From: Podarcis erhardii
Taxonomy: Eukaryota
Reading direction: 5' to 3' (one strand)
Assembly: GCA_964252035.1 (NCBI GenBank)
Contig: OZ176205.1
Length of the DNA: 64,000 nucleotides
A model generated the notes under the pieces. That model was given only the letters and a program-made list of their open reading frames with translations, did not search any database and was not told where the DNA came from. This document shows, piece after piece, positions 36,857-50,650 of the stretch; position 1 is the stretch's first letter; the number at the start of each line of letters is the position of its first letter. The translations under genes and the position numbers were made by a program.

Positions 36857-39800
36857 TTGCGTGCATAGCACTCCCCCTAGTCCCTGACCATTAACGTGTT
36901 CAAGTACAGGGAATTTCCACTCACATGCAAGTGAGGGTGAGTAGGAGCCTGCTGCAGACCTTCCAGCTCAACGTGGGTGGTTGGGAACAGTGTTAGAAAC
37001 TCAGAAACATAAGCTAGGCACCAAATGACTCCTTAAACCAGTGTTCCGTTTGCCAAAACGGAATGTCTAGTTGCCATTTGGGGGGCAGATGACTCAAAAG
37101 TTGTATTTTTTAATACAACTTTTTGGTTTCTGAAATTCATTCCGATTGTGCAGATAAAATATAATGGGTAGAATTCTACAGGATATGTTGCTAGTGTGTG
37201 GAAACAGTCCAGATCCGAGGATCCCCAGGCATCCACCGCCTGATGAGGGCGATGTCTGGGCACCAGGATGGCACCTGACATCTTCACTTAGTCACAAGTG
37301 GCCAATAGTCAGGTGCAAAATACACATAGCAAATTCTGAACACTGGTTGGAAACATAGTGTGAAGTGTAACACACATTTGAGCCTGAACATGCATGCCTT
37401 TAGCCAATTGCAAATGTTATAATACTTACAAATTAATGTCCAGTTATTTTTTTTGTTCTGAAGCCCTGTACTTTTAGAAGACTTGCTTCACTTATGCAGG
37501 ACGATGACAGCCAAATTCCCCTTATTGGGTAAAAGAATGTTTGCTCAAGACTACAGAGTGGCAGCTGCATGGGAACGAGGTATGTCTCTTTATCCCAGTA
37601 GAATTGTCTAAAAGAACACCTCTCCCTGTACTGTCCACCATATTGCCTTAAGGTCAGCTGGAGAAGCCCTGCTTATGGCCACACCCCTGTGGCGGGTGGT
37701 GGGACAGGGCAGTGGTGGCTCCTTCTTGGGGAAATATGGTCAGCCCTCACCATTAAGAAATAAAGGCATATGATCTGTTTGCTCTGAAGCTTATGGAATT
37801 TTATTGGTGATTTTTATTTATTTATTATTTGGATTCTGTTTGTAGTATTTATATATCCATCTTTTTTTGTAAGCCATCTTGGGATCCAGATTGGAGGAAA
37901 TGTGTGGGATTCTAAGAAACAAGTCAAAATAAGTATTTTGTTTATAAGGAAGGTTCTGTAGAAAGATTATAAGGTCCACAGCTTAGCATCAGAAAGAGTG
38001 CCCTTGAGGTAAAATCACAAGATCTTCTATGTCATGAGCCTTTTTCTGTAGGTTAACAAAAAGGGAATAAGTAGAAGGATAGAGAAAATGCCATAGAGCT
38101 AATTCCCATCATCCCCCACTGTTGGCCAGTCTGGTTGGGAACTGATGGGAGTCCTGACAACATCTGGCAGGTCACAAGTTTCCTACCCCTACTATAGAGC
38201 CAGTGTTGTACAAGTAACATTATTTGTTAGAGCTGTGCTGCTGTAACAAAACGGCTTTTATAGCTCTCCTGAAATTAGAGGGGACTGTTCTTTACTGTAA
38301 ACTTGAAAAATGTGCACATTTGATATAAATGCTGAATCTTTAACAGGACATTTCTGTAAAATACGTATTGGTAGTTTATGTTCTCAAAGCATTTGGGACT
38401 TGTGTTCCTGAAAATAATAGAGCTTGATAGAAAATTGTGATCTTAATTTTGGCCATGAACCAATTGATTTCCTTAGCTTGATTTGCTGACCATCTACCCA
38501 GTCCCTGTAGTGACTGATTCCACTTGCTCTCAGTCTTGGAGGGCAGAAACCCTTTATTGAAAATATACCATGTTTCATTGACATCCACACTAGCCTAGGT
38601 TCCCTTCCTAGCCAAGGGCGTGCCATTACATTTTCTGGAAACTGATGGTTCCAAGAATACAACAGTAAGCTCCCCTAAGTAAGTATATGGGAAGTATCCA
38701 CAATCACTCAATGATGACTTGTAGATTTAGCTATGCATATTCATGGGAAGTGGTGAAGGTCTTCTTTTGTTCAACATGGGAGGAAGCATGAATAGGAGAG
38801 TGCTAGTACCTGCTGTCCAAACAGAAAAGGAGATTGCCCCCTGTGTTAGTGGATTACAAGAGCATTTTCGGAATGGTATTTATATGGGTCAGCTGATAGC
38901 TTCAGCATAGTTCTAGTGAGGAAGGATCTATTTACAGTCCACTGTTTCCTTTACAGAATCTGTTCTACTTCAGGTTCGTGGTCCCCACGGGAAGATTTTG
39001 AATGCAACGAACCTTCTACGGCCTATAGCCTCCAAAGATGAGATATTAGCCACTGAAAACCACACTTTAGAAACCTTCTACCCTGTTTTGCCTACAATTG
39101 ACCTTCAAGAAGTTCATGCATATGACATAAAAAATGATACAGGTGAATTTCCTAGAGCTTGGAGGATTAAGAAAAAAAATCATTTTCACAGAAGTTAATT
39201 TGTTATGGATGAGATTGTATCAGATGGCATATGTGAGAATAGGGGGTTGAAGTCAATACACTAAAATGTCAGGTTTCTTCATTGCACTTTAGAAATTGTC
39301 TTCTTCTTGAGCAATGAGTTGTGAAATAGTTCTAACTATCACCTGATTTGTGCTTTAGGTTTCCGAGAAGGGTACCCATATCCTTATCCTCACACTGTGT
39401 ACATTGCTCAGTATGACAGCGTACGTAAAATGAGGCCACCACAGCTTCAGGCAAAAATGATAATGTTTGCTTTTGGGAATGCTCTGGCCAAAGCAAAGGA
39501 GTTATATGGGGTGAGTATTAAGATTTTTGTAGAAAAACTATGGCATATGCTGTCGAAATTAGGAAATGGCAGTTAGTTGCTTCTATTTGTCCGACCGTTC
39601 CATTAATGGTCACCACGCTAGCTGCTGTTCCTAACTTAGAGGCAAAAGTTTTCTGAAGCTCCTCTTTCTGTGCTTTGCTCTCTAACCTTCCATGGGCAAA
39701 TCCACATGGAAGCTTGGTGTATTTCTGAGTTGGTGTTTTGGCAGTGCTGGGACACTGTGGTATTGTGATCCATAAGTTGCATTTAAAACCCCCCTAAAAA

Positions 39801-41544
39801 GCTGGCACTTTCCATTTCTGCTGTGCACAGGTAGTGTGGGATTGTTGGGGACTGACTATGATGTAGGAAAACAAATTCTTGTTGCTAAATTGTATGGTCC
39901 TTGTCATCCAGGAGTCTAGCTGAAAAGCCTTGGTTGAATTCTAGGTCAGTTGTGGGCGTCATGGTACTCTATTCAACATGAGTTTCTCATATAAAATACT
40001 GAATAAATAATAGTCTGGTAAATGTCTGGTACCTGAACAGAAGAGGAAAAAAGCCCAATGGGATTGAAGCAGCTTTTTTAGCTGATAGTTGGTATTTGAA
40101 CTTATGAGCATGGAGAGCTGTCAGATTGTCCTCAAGTCCTGCAGCTTTTGTTGAGGTTTGGCTTGGCCTCTGGCAAACCCTCCAAGTAGGTGCCACTTCT
40201 TCCCCCAAACTAAAATCAGACATAATTGTAGTTCTCTGTCTTGCTAGCCTGTCTTATCAACTCAAAATGTTTTCCTGGCCAGATGTTTGCGCTGCTGTCT
40301 ACCATCCATTGTGACCCTTTCCTGCGCTACCTTCTATCCCCAGTTATCCACATGTGGACAGACAACTTTACATGTTTTCAAGTACATTCGGGTGGCAAAG
40401 CTTAAGAGTAAATCAGGGATGGGGGAATCTGTGGCTCATTAAGGGTGGTTGGACTCTGCTGGTAAGGATGATGGGAATTGCAGTGCAACTGCACCTGGAG
40501 GGCCACAAGTTAACCACCTCTGATACAGCCACACTGTGTGCCTATTTATCTTTATTTCATTAACAAATTAAGAATTGAACCCATTCACGGTTTCACCCAG
40601 TTATAAAATAGGCAGTATTCTTCTTTTTAATACTGTACAGCATTTCTCTTGACCAACGGAGCTTATCCTATGGCTTCTTATTTCACACTTCCCTCTCATG
40701 CCGATTTCCAGGATGAGCCCAGGGTCCTGGAGAACCCCATTGTTGTGCAGACTGTGGCTACAGATGGCCAACGCTTCCATTTCCTGGTGTTCCAGTTGAA
40801 TACAACAGATCTAGACTCTAGCAATGGTGTTAAAAACCTGGCCTGGATGGATGCAGATCATATTCTGTATGAGGATTTCAGGAGTCGTCCAGTAATCAAG
40901 AAGAAAGTTGTCCGGGTATGTTGATGAAGGTAGAATGACTTGCTGCCGCAGGAACTCGGTCTAGCTTTATAGTTTAGACAGAAAAGCTTGGAGACTAAAA
41001 GGCAACATATTAATTCTCTGAAACTAGAATAGGGGGCATCCTGAACTTCATTAAGTTTGACTCTCAGTAGCACTGAGGCGCTTCATGCCCAGCACCCATG
41101 TGATTACTTAGAGTGCATTACAAGCAGAAATGACCAGTGTGTATCATTGTAAAAGTACACGTAACATCGTAACAGGCATGCGCAGATGCCTTAACGATAA
41201 TGCCATACTCAAGGGCATGTTGGCTGATTAGAGCCTGGTTCTGACAACATCTCTTCAGGATATCCAAAAGTAAAACAAAACAAAACACAAAACCTTAAGT
41301 TGTTTGAATCCTTTTTATATCCTCTTCAAGAAATTGCTTCCTTTCCTTTGTTTCAGGGAAGGGACAGGATGAAAATAAACTTAAGATGGTATTTGAGCAC
41401 AGTGAAATGTATTGCTGTATTAATGTGTATGACAGACATTGAAAATCCAAAATTTCCCCCCTACAGATTCCAGCTGGAATACATGGCTATCAACCAGACA
41501 CATTCAAGAAGTTCCTGGCATTGTACTTGCATGGTGTCGTGTGA
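33268..41544 (+). CDS. MRPL37: MRPL37, mitochondrial ribosomal protein mL37; spliced CDS of 7 exons, 1305 nt, 434 aa
   Basis: join(33268-33652, 34631-34814, 37464-37579, 38957-39142, 39359-39510, 40712-40915, 41467-41544). All GT-AG and in frame. Recognisable segments: [54 protein letters not shown]. Confidence 0.96.
34631..34814 (+). CDS. MRPL37: MRPL37 exon 2
   Basis: ttacttgaag|GT GTA AAG CAA GCA TTG TGG; donor TAT TG|GTAAGT; 184 nt. Confidence 0.94.
36639..36856 (+). mobile_element. Probable Rex1/Babar-type LINE 3' end with (ATCT)8 tail
   Basis: ...CAATTTCGTTGCACTTGTGCAATG...ATGACAATAAAGA followed by (ATCT)8 at 36823-36854. Family assigned from memory. Confidence 0.5.
37464..37579 (+). 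CDS. MRPL37: MRPL37 exon 3
   Basis: ttttgttctgaag|C CCT GTA; [14 protein letters not shown]...AAAWER-like (RVAAAWER); donor G|GTATGT; 116 nt. Confidence 0.92.
38957..39142 (+). CDS. MRPL37: MRPL37 exon 4
   Basis: tttcctttacag|AA TCT GTT CTA CTT CAG GTT CGT GGT ... AAT GAT ACA G|GTGAAT; 186 nt. Confidence 0.94.
39359..39510 (+). CDS. MRPL37: MRPL37 exon 5
   Basis: tgctttag|GT TTC CGA GAA GGG TAC CCA TAT; ...AKELYG|GTGAGT; 152 nt. Confidence 0.94.
40712..40915 (+). CDS. MRPL37: MRPL37 exon 6
   Basis: gatttccag|GAT GAG CCC; [19 protein letters not shown]...IKKKVVR|GTATGT; 204 nt. Confidence 0.94.
41467..41544 (+). CDS. MRPL37: MRPL37 last coding exon
   Basis: ttccccccctacag-type acceptor ending 41466; [25 protein letters not shown]; TGA at 41542-41544. 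Confidence 0.93.
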   Translation: MPAGIHGYQPDTFKKFLALYLHGVV

Positions 41545-41629
41545 GCAGAGCTCTGCCTTTGTTTCCTCCTGTAATGCATATGCTTACTGTGCAGTTAAGG
41601 GTTAGAGACTATTTCAGTTTTTTTAAAAA

Positions 41630-41635
41630 AATAAA
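41630..41635 (+). terminator. MRPL37 polyadenylation signal
   Basis: AATAAA 86 nt after the stop codon. Confidence 0.7.
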
Positions 41636-43425
41636 GTTTCTTTATATATAAAAGTCACATGTAAATAATATTGTTTCAATCTGCTGTCAGAACATTTAAC
41701 ACCTTAATATTGGCATTCATTTTGAATAATTAAGTGCCAGTGTTCTACTTTTACAAGAAAGAATGGAAAGCAAAATCTAGTTCTGCACTTAAGGCTAACT
41801 ATACTTGGGCCATAATCCTGTCTTTCATCCTCATGGCAGCTCATCCTCCCCCCTCGCCCAAAACACCCCAACTTAGGTTGAGTGACAATATTAATACAAG
41901 TTCTGGGGTGGCAGCAATCAAGTAATGCATTTTTACGAAACATCTTCAGTTGCATTTGTTCAGTCATTAGGCAGTAGGTGACATTCTAGGGCTTCAAACA
42001 GCCACGCTGAAAGTTGTTATTCCAAACAAGTACAGTATATAGTGTCTTAGTTGCAGAGGAAGAATTCTAAACAATGAGAGAACTAGTTGAGATTTAAGAA
42101 TATCAAATCTCTCAAATGTTTTGAAAGTTCATTTTTAGACCATAATGATACACACACCAAGGATGTATACCAATAGTAGTATGATGTATATTATGATGTC
42201 TATAAAGAGGTCTGTGTCGTTGATACATTCAGGAAGTTGTTTTTTTTAAAAAAGCAAGCTTCCTTTAGAAAAGGAATCTAACTTTCTCAAATCTAACTTG
42301 ACAATAAATTAAGTGAGACAAAGTTTTTTTAAAAAAATCTCTAAAATTCATCAGAAGCAAGAAACTGAACAAAGCTATTTGGGTTGCTAGAAAACAAATG
42401 GGTGAAGAGTGATTAAAGCAGCAAAATTGAATAAATTCACTGCATATAGTCAACAGTGGAAGATGTAGGACAGAGACTTGTGCCTGAACTTCCAGGGAGG
42501 GAGTGTAAAGAACTCAGAGTGGCCAAGAAATGAAGTGCTTGGGAAAGGGTAGTTGTTGTGCACTGTACTTCCCACCTTCCCTAACCATTAGTCACTCTGG
42601 CTAGGGCTGATAGAAATAGTAGTCTGCAACATCTGGAGAGCGCCATGTTGACTCTCAATGTTCTTGTAAAGTTAGATGGCATTAGCTATTTGCTACTATA
42701 GTCTAATGTAGAACTTTTAAAAAGGGAGCAGGATCATGCAAATTGGAAGTTAGTTAGCTTATCATCTGGGCCAGGTCAACTGGTAGAGAGCATTATTAAA
42801 AGATCATTTAAGAATCAACATGGTTTCTGCTCCGGATAGTTCTTCAGTAGATTCCTGAGCAAACTTCACCGCTATGGGATAAAATGACAAGTCCTCATGG
42901 ATGGGTAACTGGTTGGTAACAACAACATTATTTATATCCCTCCCATCGGGCTGGGTTTCCCCAGGACACTGAGAACGAGAATAAGTGAATGGTCCTCTTG
43001 TTGGAGGGAAGAAAGAAGTAGAGCTCTCCATATCTGCATTGATAGGCAGTTATCAGCTGAATTATATTTTTGAGCTTAACAAAGTACAACCACAGTGCTG
43101 CTAAAGATGAAACATGTTCCCAACAAATGATTGGATCTAGCATTTGGGGTCCTTTCATGAAAAAAAATATGTAAGATTTGTGCTTGGTGGGGAGAAAGTG
43201 GATAGTTTCCTGCTTATCGGGATTCAGCAAAGAGACCCATTAGCAGTTGGTCCAGGACAGACAAAAGAACATTCTTCTCATAAAGAATAACTTTTGGAAT
43301 TCATTGACAAGATGCAACAAGCGCTAACTTAGATGGCTTTAAAAGATTAGACAGACCACTGTAGAATAACTCTGTGAACAATTACTAGTGGTGATGATGA
43401 TGGTGGCTATAGGCAATCTCTAGGT

Positions 43426-43632
43426 CAGAGCTTTCCAAACTTTTATTCTTGGTGACAAACATTTTAGACATGCATCATTTTGCGACTACAGTAATTCAGT
43501 TTTGCTGGCAAACTGGAGGTTAAACTAACCCCTTTCCAGCCCTTTGGGGAACGCAGGGAGCATTCACACGACACACCTACACATTGCAGCTGACACACTA
43601 ACGTGTTGTGAGACAGAGTTTGAAAAGCTCTG
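43426..43632. mobile_element. hAT-type MITE
   Basis: TIRs CAGAGCTTTCCAAACT and AGTTTGAAAAGCTCTG; perfect 8-bp TSD CTCTAGGT at 43418-25 and 43633-40. Confidence 0.9.
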
Positions 43633-46600
43633 CTCTAGGTTCAAATGCCTCCAAGGCCCAGTTGCTAGTGAGTAACAGCAGTAGAGAGGACTGCTTTCAT
43701 ACGCTTAAGGCCTAGCCAGAGGCTTTTGGTTGGTCACTGGGAAAGGGGGGACCAGTCAGCTCCTGAGAAGTTCTTATGGGGGTAAGAGGAAACAACAGGA
43801 TGTAGAGGCTTGCCATGTTACTGTGCTGCATCTGCTGGCACATTCCCCATCTTTTCTGTAGAAGAATGTAAATCTTTTGAAAAGATAATGGCATGCACCC
43901 AAAAGGGACAGAGCTCCCTAAGCAAGAGAGGTTGCACCACCCTACTGCATAGCTGCAGTTTGCTTCTGATCAAGCAAGAAGCAGCAAAACTTTGACAAAG
44001 CAATTCTGCTTACAGGAAAGCTAGTTGTAGAAAAAAAAATTTCCAACTGAAACATTGTGAGCTTCTTAATTAATTGTGCTTGTCCAAGAAACAGAAAATT
44101 CTTTTCGGCTTGGTTGAATTTTATTATTTGCATAGAACTGAGGAGAAAATCTATTTTACAACCTCATCTTTATGTAGCTAATAATATACTAGCTGCAGGA
44201 GGCTTTCCAACATGTTACTGTCAGGTCTTGCTAGGGATGTCAACAGCAATTGCCTGTGTGATGCTGGATACATCATCTTAACACACCACAGGCCCTCAAA
44301 ACTGGCATCTCTTGGCCACTTCAGGACTGGATGGATTTTGACAGATGTAGAACTGACTTGTGATGCAGGGGAGCTATCCGATACCAGAGATTTTCAGCTA
44401 CCACGATGGTAGCACTCGGCAGCTCCTCAGCCACAGCGAGCAAGCCATCAGACAATGGCTACACAAGGCCTAGTGCTATACAGGGAGACCTGGCTGAGCG
44501 GTTTGTGTCTCTTAGATATGAAAAGAAAACGCATCAACAAAACCACCAGGAACAATCTGTATTCTCAACACGCCTTTCCACCCTCTTGTTTCCCTCTGTT
44601 ATGAGCACAGACAAATGCTCTCTCCTCCTACAGTTTCTATACTACGGTGACAATTCTAAGGCTAGGCCCCAGGGACCTGCCAGAGTGTTTGTGATAGGCT
44701 TTTGAAGTTGCTCCCACTCGTTGATCTCTTTGTCTGAACTGTTTCAACAGGTATGCATGGCTCAGATAAAACACAGTGCATGATGAAGCCTGTATGCTGT
44801 TCAAGGGGAGAATTGTTTCTTAAAACAGCATGTTCCCTTGATGTGAAGCTAGTATGAAATCAAACTCTGCAGGCTGTGCTAATAGCTCTACCAGGGGTTT
44901 GCATGTGCCCACAAACAACTCAATCTTAGACTTCAGTTGCACACATTCTTCCTGTACTCCCTAACAGGGAAAAAGGAAAATGGGAAATGAACGCATTGCA
45001 CAATTGGCGTTTCGTTTTTATCTCATCTAAGGCCAGCTTGGGACAGGCTCTTGCCACCTACCATTTGTAGTCCAGCGCTAGACTGAGGACAATGATCCCC
45101 CTGGGTGTTCTGAAATAGAATTAGCATAACCAAATAATAGACATTCATGATGTATAATTCCCACCACCACCACCCACACATCAGAATAGCTACCTTAATT
45201 TGCAGCCAGTGTTATGACCAAGCAATATTTGTTATTCCGTATGCTCTAGAACCATAAACCAGCAGGTTTGTCTACTATAAACTTCTAATGCTTTAGCTAA
45301 AGTATTCTAAAACCCAGCAAACACCTTCACTGCAAAAATGGATCTAAACAGAATTCCCAGTTTCACAGCAAAACATTACATTAAAAAATTCTGCAATTTA
45401 TATCGTAGGAAGGAATGTAAACTCAGATTTCTGATGACACTTTTTTTTAAAAAAAAAGTTTGAAGTGTATAGCTTTTACTACGGTGGGGTAGAGGTGGGG
45501 AATTGGGATAACTTTAAATCCATTCTCTTTGTTTGTTAATGACTTAAACAACCTCGTCCCAAACTATTACAGAAGGAAGCAAGGAGAGCAACAGCTACAA
45601 GAGCGCTGGCAAGATGCAGGATTGGCCATAGGGACCCTGCTGAACAGCTGGCCGGTGGCAATTCCAACAGCTGCACGCTGGCTGGTACAAAGGAGATGCT
45701 GCGTACAAATGAAAGTGCAAGAGAGCAGCAGAACCAATGAGTGGCTCCCCTAGGGCCACTGAACCGGTGGTCCTGGATTAAGAGATTAAGAGAAAGGAAT
45801 CGGAGAGCTGCCTTGGGGGTTCACTGAAAACACCTGCAAGTGAATTTTGCCTTCGCAAGTAGTCCAAGGGTTGAGGCAGGGCTTAGGGCCTGTCAGCAGC
45901 TTGAAGAATAAAAAGCAGCTGTGGGGAGCTGCACATCACATCTCTTGGGCCGTTTCTATAGTCTCTGTGGGTGCCCAGTCTTAAGCAAACCATTGCTTAA
46001 GGCTGGACAAACAGTGTCAAAATGCAAGTCAGCAAAGCATGTGATCCTATGGTTAATAATCCTAATGAATATTAAGTTGTAACTCCCCACAATGCTTCCA
46101 CCGTAGGGGAGAAGAACATTTGTGGCTATCCAGCCAGATGGTATAAATAATAAATTATACTACTACTACTACTACTACTACTACAGCCAGAAGACCCAAC
46201 CATTTAAAGTCATCTGGCTTTCTTAACTGGGGACTTTGAAGAAACAGCTGGATTAATACATTTCATTTCATTTCTGCTGTGGGGGGACGACATATCTTCA
46301 GTAATGAGATAATTGGAAGCCTGTCTTCTGTAACAGATCAACAGATATTTGATGGATTGCCCTGCTCATAAAAATATACCACTTCCAGTTACCAGAACAA
46401 ATACGAAGTCCAAATCCTGCTATTTAATCTTAAATTTAGACAAGCTGCTATTATGTTATTTAGAGGAAGACAGGAGTATAACAAGCAAATGGTTAATACC
46501 TGTAGCCGTCAGTGGAATTTGCTGTGATGGATGTGTGTGTGTCTATATAAAACCATGGCCTACCATGTTTAAATGGATCCTAGTTCTATGGCTTCCACAA

Positions 46601-47733
46601 AGTGCTAAATAGGCAAACATGCCCCAGGGATAGCCTTAGGCAAGCTGATAGTTTGGTGGAGGCCAAATCTAGAGAGAAATAGGGAGAAAGGCATTAGCTA
46701 CTAAATCTAGGGTCTCAGGCGATTCTCCTTTTACTCCCATAGCCTTTACCTGGGAGGTGAAGACAGAACATACCTGCCCCTCAAGATTCTGCTGGGCTCC
46801 AAACTTTTATCAGCCATGCAATGGGCTTTTGGTTTGACCAATGCCAGCATCAATAATAAGGGGCAGCTGAGACAGGCATTGGGCTGGAGCAGGAGAAGAA
46901 GTCTCCCTTCTGTGAGGAGAAAGGGCCAGAAGAGGTTCTTAAAAAAAATAAGAAAGTGGAACAAAAGATTAATATTTAATCAAAATAAACTGAATATATG
47001 TTATTGGAGAAAGTAGTGAATGTCTAATTAACAGGGAGGAGGGATGAAAAAAACCCTGGCAGCTGAGGGGGATGGATAAGGTACAAAGCCGAGCATGAAG
47101 GGAAGGTGGGGGGTATGGGATGAGAGATGGGTAAAAATTCATTGAAATGCATGTGGGGATGAGATGGACACATGCCTTTTAGAACCTTTGGATCAGCAGA
47201 GTCGGACTAAAATGGAGAGGCTGTTAATAGCTCCAGAGCAAGACAGAGCTATGGAACTCCTTGCCACAAGGAAAACAGTGGTAAAGAATGCAGTGGCAAA
47301 GTATCCAATGCTAGATTAGCTCTTAGCTGAAAATGATGCCAGTAATTGCTGGCTGATTATATAAAAAGCTACCTGTCTCCATTTCATGACTGGCACTGCC
47401 CTTGCACCACCATTTTGAGAGTGGGGAGCCGTGGTCATTTTCAAACACCTCAAGTGGGCTGTGGGGAAAGGAAGTTTGAGAACCCCTGGATTATGGCACA
47501 GATGTACAAAGTGGCTTCATGCATGTGGCATGCCTAGATAACACACGTCAGTTTTATCACTACAAAGCATAGGATGCAGAAGTGGGCATTGTATTTAGCA
47601 CTCAGAAAATGTCAGTCTTTTGGTACTTTTTGCTCATGTAGTTAAAAAGATAGGCTTGATAGTCCTCAGGCAATGCCTGTTTAAATCTTACAAGCAGAGA
47701 AGCGCAGCAGGCTGCCATCACAATGTGGTATTC

Positions 47734-47829
47734 GCTTGCGCAGTAGAACTTTCCCCATCCCTTTCTCCACATGCTTCAGAACAGATATAGGGAGGATGTG
47801 GGGAGAGTGGGGACTTCTGTTGCGCAAGC
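47734..47829. repeat. Imperfect palindrome, probably a MITE remnant
   Basis: Arms GCTTGCGCAGTAGAAC...CTCCACAT and ATGTGGGGAG...TTCTGTTGCGCAAGC. Confidence 0.55.
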
Positions 47830-48227
47830 AAGCAAGCAAGCAAGCTAGTCAGATACTGTCCAGAGCTTGAAATGCTTTGTCCCTCTCTGATCCCTAATAG
47901 GATCAGAATAAATTATGTATGAATAAATTTTGCGAAACACAGCTTAGTGCAATATTTTGGTACATTTTAAAAGAAGGCCCTCCATACAGCTTGTGAGCAA
48001 AATACTTGAAATGCTGGCCCCAAGAGAAGCTGTAACTCTACTGCACGAGTATTCATCAACTGCCTTGCTCCCTGTCCCTGGGATGAATCAGGATTTAAGT
48101 GTTGCTGGGTCCAAGTGCCGTGTTGTTTAGATGTGAAAAGGTGATACATGGAGGGCGGGATTCAGCGGGTCTCGCTAGCGGAAGCCCATGCAAGGTCTAC
48201 TGCTAGTACAATGGGGCTGCTCCCCCA

Positions 48228-48291
48228 TGTTGTTGTTTAGTCATTTAGTTGTGCCTACTCTTCGTGACCCCATGGACCAGAGCACGCCAGG
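48228..48291 (-). mobile_element. Bov-B/RTE LINE 3' tail
   Basis: (TTG)n TTTAGTCATTTAGTTGTGCCTACTCTTCGTGACCCCATGGACCAGAGCACGCCAGG. Confidence 0.7.
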
Positions 48292-48574
48292 ACCATATGC
48301 CCCCCAAATTCCCTGGAGGTTTTTTCTGCGAGAATCACCAGAACAGCATGCAGGAGATTGTTCTACCAGGCAAACAAAAATGCTTTGAGCTGAGCTGACA
48401 AGAGCAATTAGCACCATTTTGAATTCCTCTCAGTATTGCTCTCTGTGTAAAAAAAAATACTTGGGAGAAGTCAGACCATTCTGGGAGTCCTTATGCTAGA
48501 GAACCAGGAGGGAGGAAGCAGAGTGTTGCAGGCCTTTTCTGCTTTTAATCAGATGGCTGCACTTAGGCTGGAAG

Positions 48575-49254
48575 AACCAGACAAATATAGGATGGGGGAC
48601 ACCTCGCTTACTAGAAGTACATGTGAAAAGAATCTAGGGGTCTTGGTAGACCGCAAGCTTAACATGAGTCAACAGTGTGATACAGCAGCAAAAAGGTGAA
48701 TTCTATTCTAGGCTGCATCAACAGAAGTATAGTGTCCACATCAAGGGAAGTAATAGTCCTACTCTATTCTGCCTTGGTCAGACCCCCACCTGGAATACTG
48801 TGTCCAATTCTGGGCACCACAATTTAAGAAGGATGTTGACAAACTGCAACATGTGCAGAGGAGGGCAACCAAGATCATAAAGGACCTGAAAACCAAGCCT
48901 TATGAGGAGCGCTTGAAGGAGCTAGGTATGTTTATTCTGGAAAAGAGGAGACAGAGAGGAGATATGAAAGCCATTTTCAAATATTTTAAGGGCTGTCACA
49001 TGGAAGGGGGAGCAAGCTTGTTTTCTCCTGCTCTGGAGGGTACGACTCGAACCAATGGCTTCAAGTTACAAGCAAGGAGATTCAGACTAAACATCCAGAA
49101 AAACTTTCTGACATAAGAGCTGTTTGGCAGTGGAAAAGACTCGCACGAGAGGTGGTGGACTGTCCTTGCAGGTTTTTAAGCAGAGGTTGGATGGCCATCT
49201 GTCATGGATGCTTGATGACCCCTGGGGTCCCTTCCAACTTTTAAGATTCTATGA
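48575..49254 (+). mobile_element. CR1 LINE 3' fragment (frameshifted ORF2)
   Basis: Pieces YRMGDT..., [28 protein letters not shown]..., and a tail ending AAGATTCTATGA. Confidence 0.92.
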
Positions 49255-50151
49255 CTAGCAGCTGCTGCTTAAGATGAATTCTAGTGCTGCAAGACATTGC
49301 CCAGGTTTTTGTTACATGCACTGGGCAGTTTTCCACACTGCTGGTTGCATGACTGAGCTCTGAACTGCAAGTGGAAAGATCAACACTGCTCTCAAAACAA
49401 GATTGCAAAAGTGCACGGAGTTTTGTACAACCACACCACTATGTTGCTTGAACGGTGGGTGCTGTGTTTACTTATCCAACTAATCCTGATGTGGACCATC
49501 CATAGTTCTCAGATGGCCAGCAGCTGTTGGATGTGCTCATACTATAACGGCACAAGGACTTCCTCCTCACACGATGAGACGAATAGCAAAGACCACTGCT
49601 GCAAAAATTACTCTTCATCTCCGTAATGTTTCTCCACACCCGAGAGAAGTGAGCTGAGAAGTAACTGCTGTGGGAGCAGCCCACTATAGAGGTGGATCTG
49701 CCCCCCAGCATCAACCTGTAGGCACAGCAGCCTCTGGCCTTTCTTCACAACCTTTTGAGTGGTTATGCCTGGCTGGAAGGTGTCCTTGAACTCTGATCTC
49801 CTGCTCGCTTTGATGGACAACAAGAGAATTGTGTGTGAGCGTGTGTAGAAACTAGCCCAGTATAAAAAGGTTCACACCCATTGCTCCACCTACTTTTTCC
49901 TCTGGCTTCACCCACCATTACCACGTGGCCCTTTGGAAGGCGACCCAGAAGAGGATGCAGCCCTTGGGGTCCCCACCCCCACCCCTGCTGCACCACATAT
50001 GGCTAGAGGGACCTCTTCCCAATCTCCCCTGCAAAGGCCTGGGAGTGACTAAACAGCCAGTCACCTATGCAAAAAATAGCTTCAACTGACCAGGTAGTGG
50101 AACTCTTGTGAACTGGAAGAATTTTTCTTCTTCTGTCAGCTTTCCCATGTA

Positions 50152-50650
50152 CAGTGGTACCTCGGGTTAAGTACTTAATTCATTCTGGAGGTCAGTTCTT
50201 AACCTGAAACTGTTCTTAACCTGAAGCACCACTTTAGCTAATGGGGCCTCCTGCTGCCACCGCGCCGCCAGAGCACAATTTCTGTTCCTGTCCTGAAGCA
50301 AAGTTCTTAACCTGAAACACTATTTCTGGGTTAGCGGAGTCTGTAACCTGAAGCATATGTAGAAGAAGAAGAGTTTGGATTTGATATCCCGCTTTATCAC
50401 TGCCCGAAGTAGTCTCAAAGCGGCTAACAATCTCCTTTCCCTTCCTCCCCCACAACAAACACTGTGAGGTGAGTGAGGCTGAGAGACTTCAGAGAAATGT
50501 GACTAGCCCAAGGTCAGCCAGCAGCTGCATGTGGAGGAGCGGAGACGCGAACCCGGTTCCCCAGATTACGAGTCCACCGCTCTTAACCACACCACCACAC
50601 TGGCTCTATGCGTATGTAACCTGAAGCGTATGTAACCCAAGGTACCACTG
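50152..50650. mobile_element. Second copy of the Tigger/pogo-type MITE, containing a nested SINE
   Basis: TIRs CAGTGGTACCTCGGGTTA and TAACCCAAGGTACCACTG; TA TSD at 50150-51 and 50651-52. Confidence 0.9.
50362..50609 (-). mobile_element. Squam3-like (Ther1/MIR-derived) tRNA SINE
   Basis: Minus-strand head GAGCCAGTGTGGTGGTGTGGTTAAGAGCGGTGGACTCGTAATCTGG, CORE-like middle, (CTT)n tail; TSD GCATATGTA / GCGTATGTA. Confidence 0.8.

Noticed and set aside
34815-41466. Intronic snoRNAs or miRNAs in MRPL37
   Set aside because: Isolated ATGATGA boxes have no suitably spaced CTGA or terminal stem, and the hairpins seen are MITE remnants.
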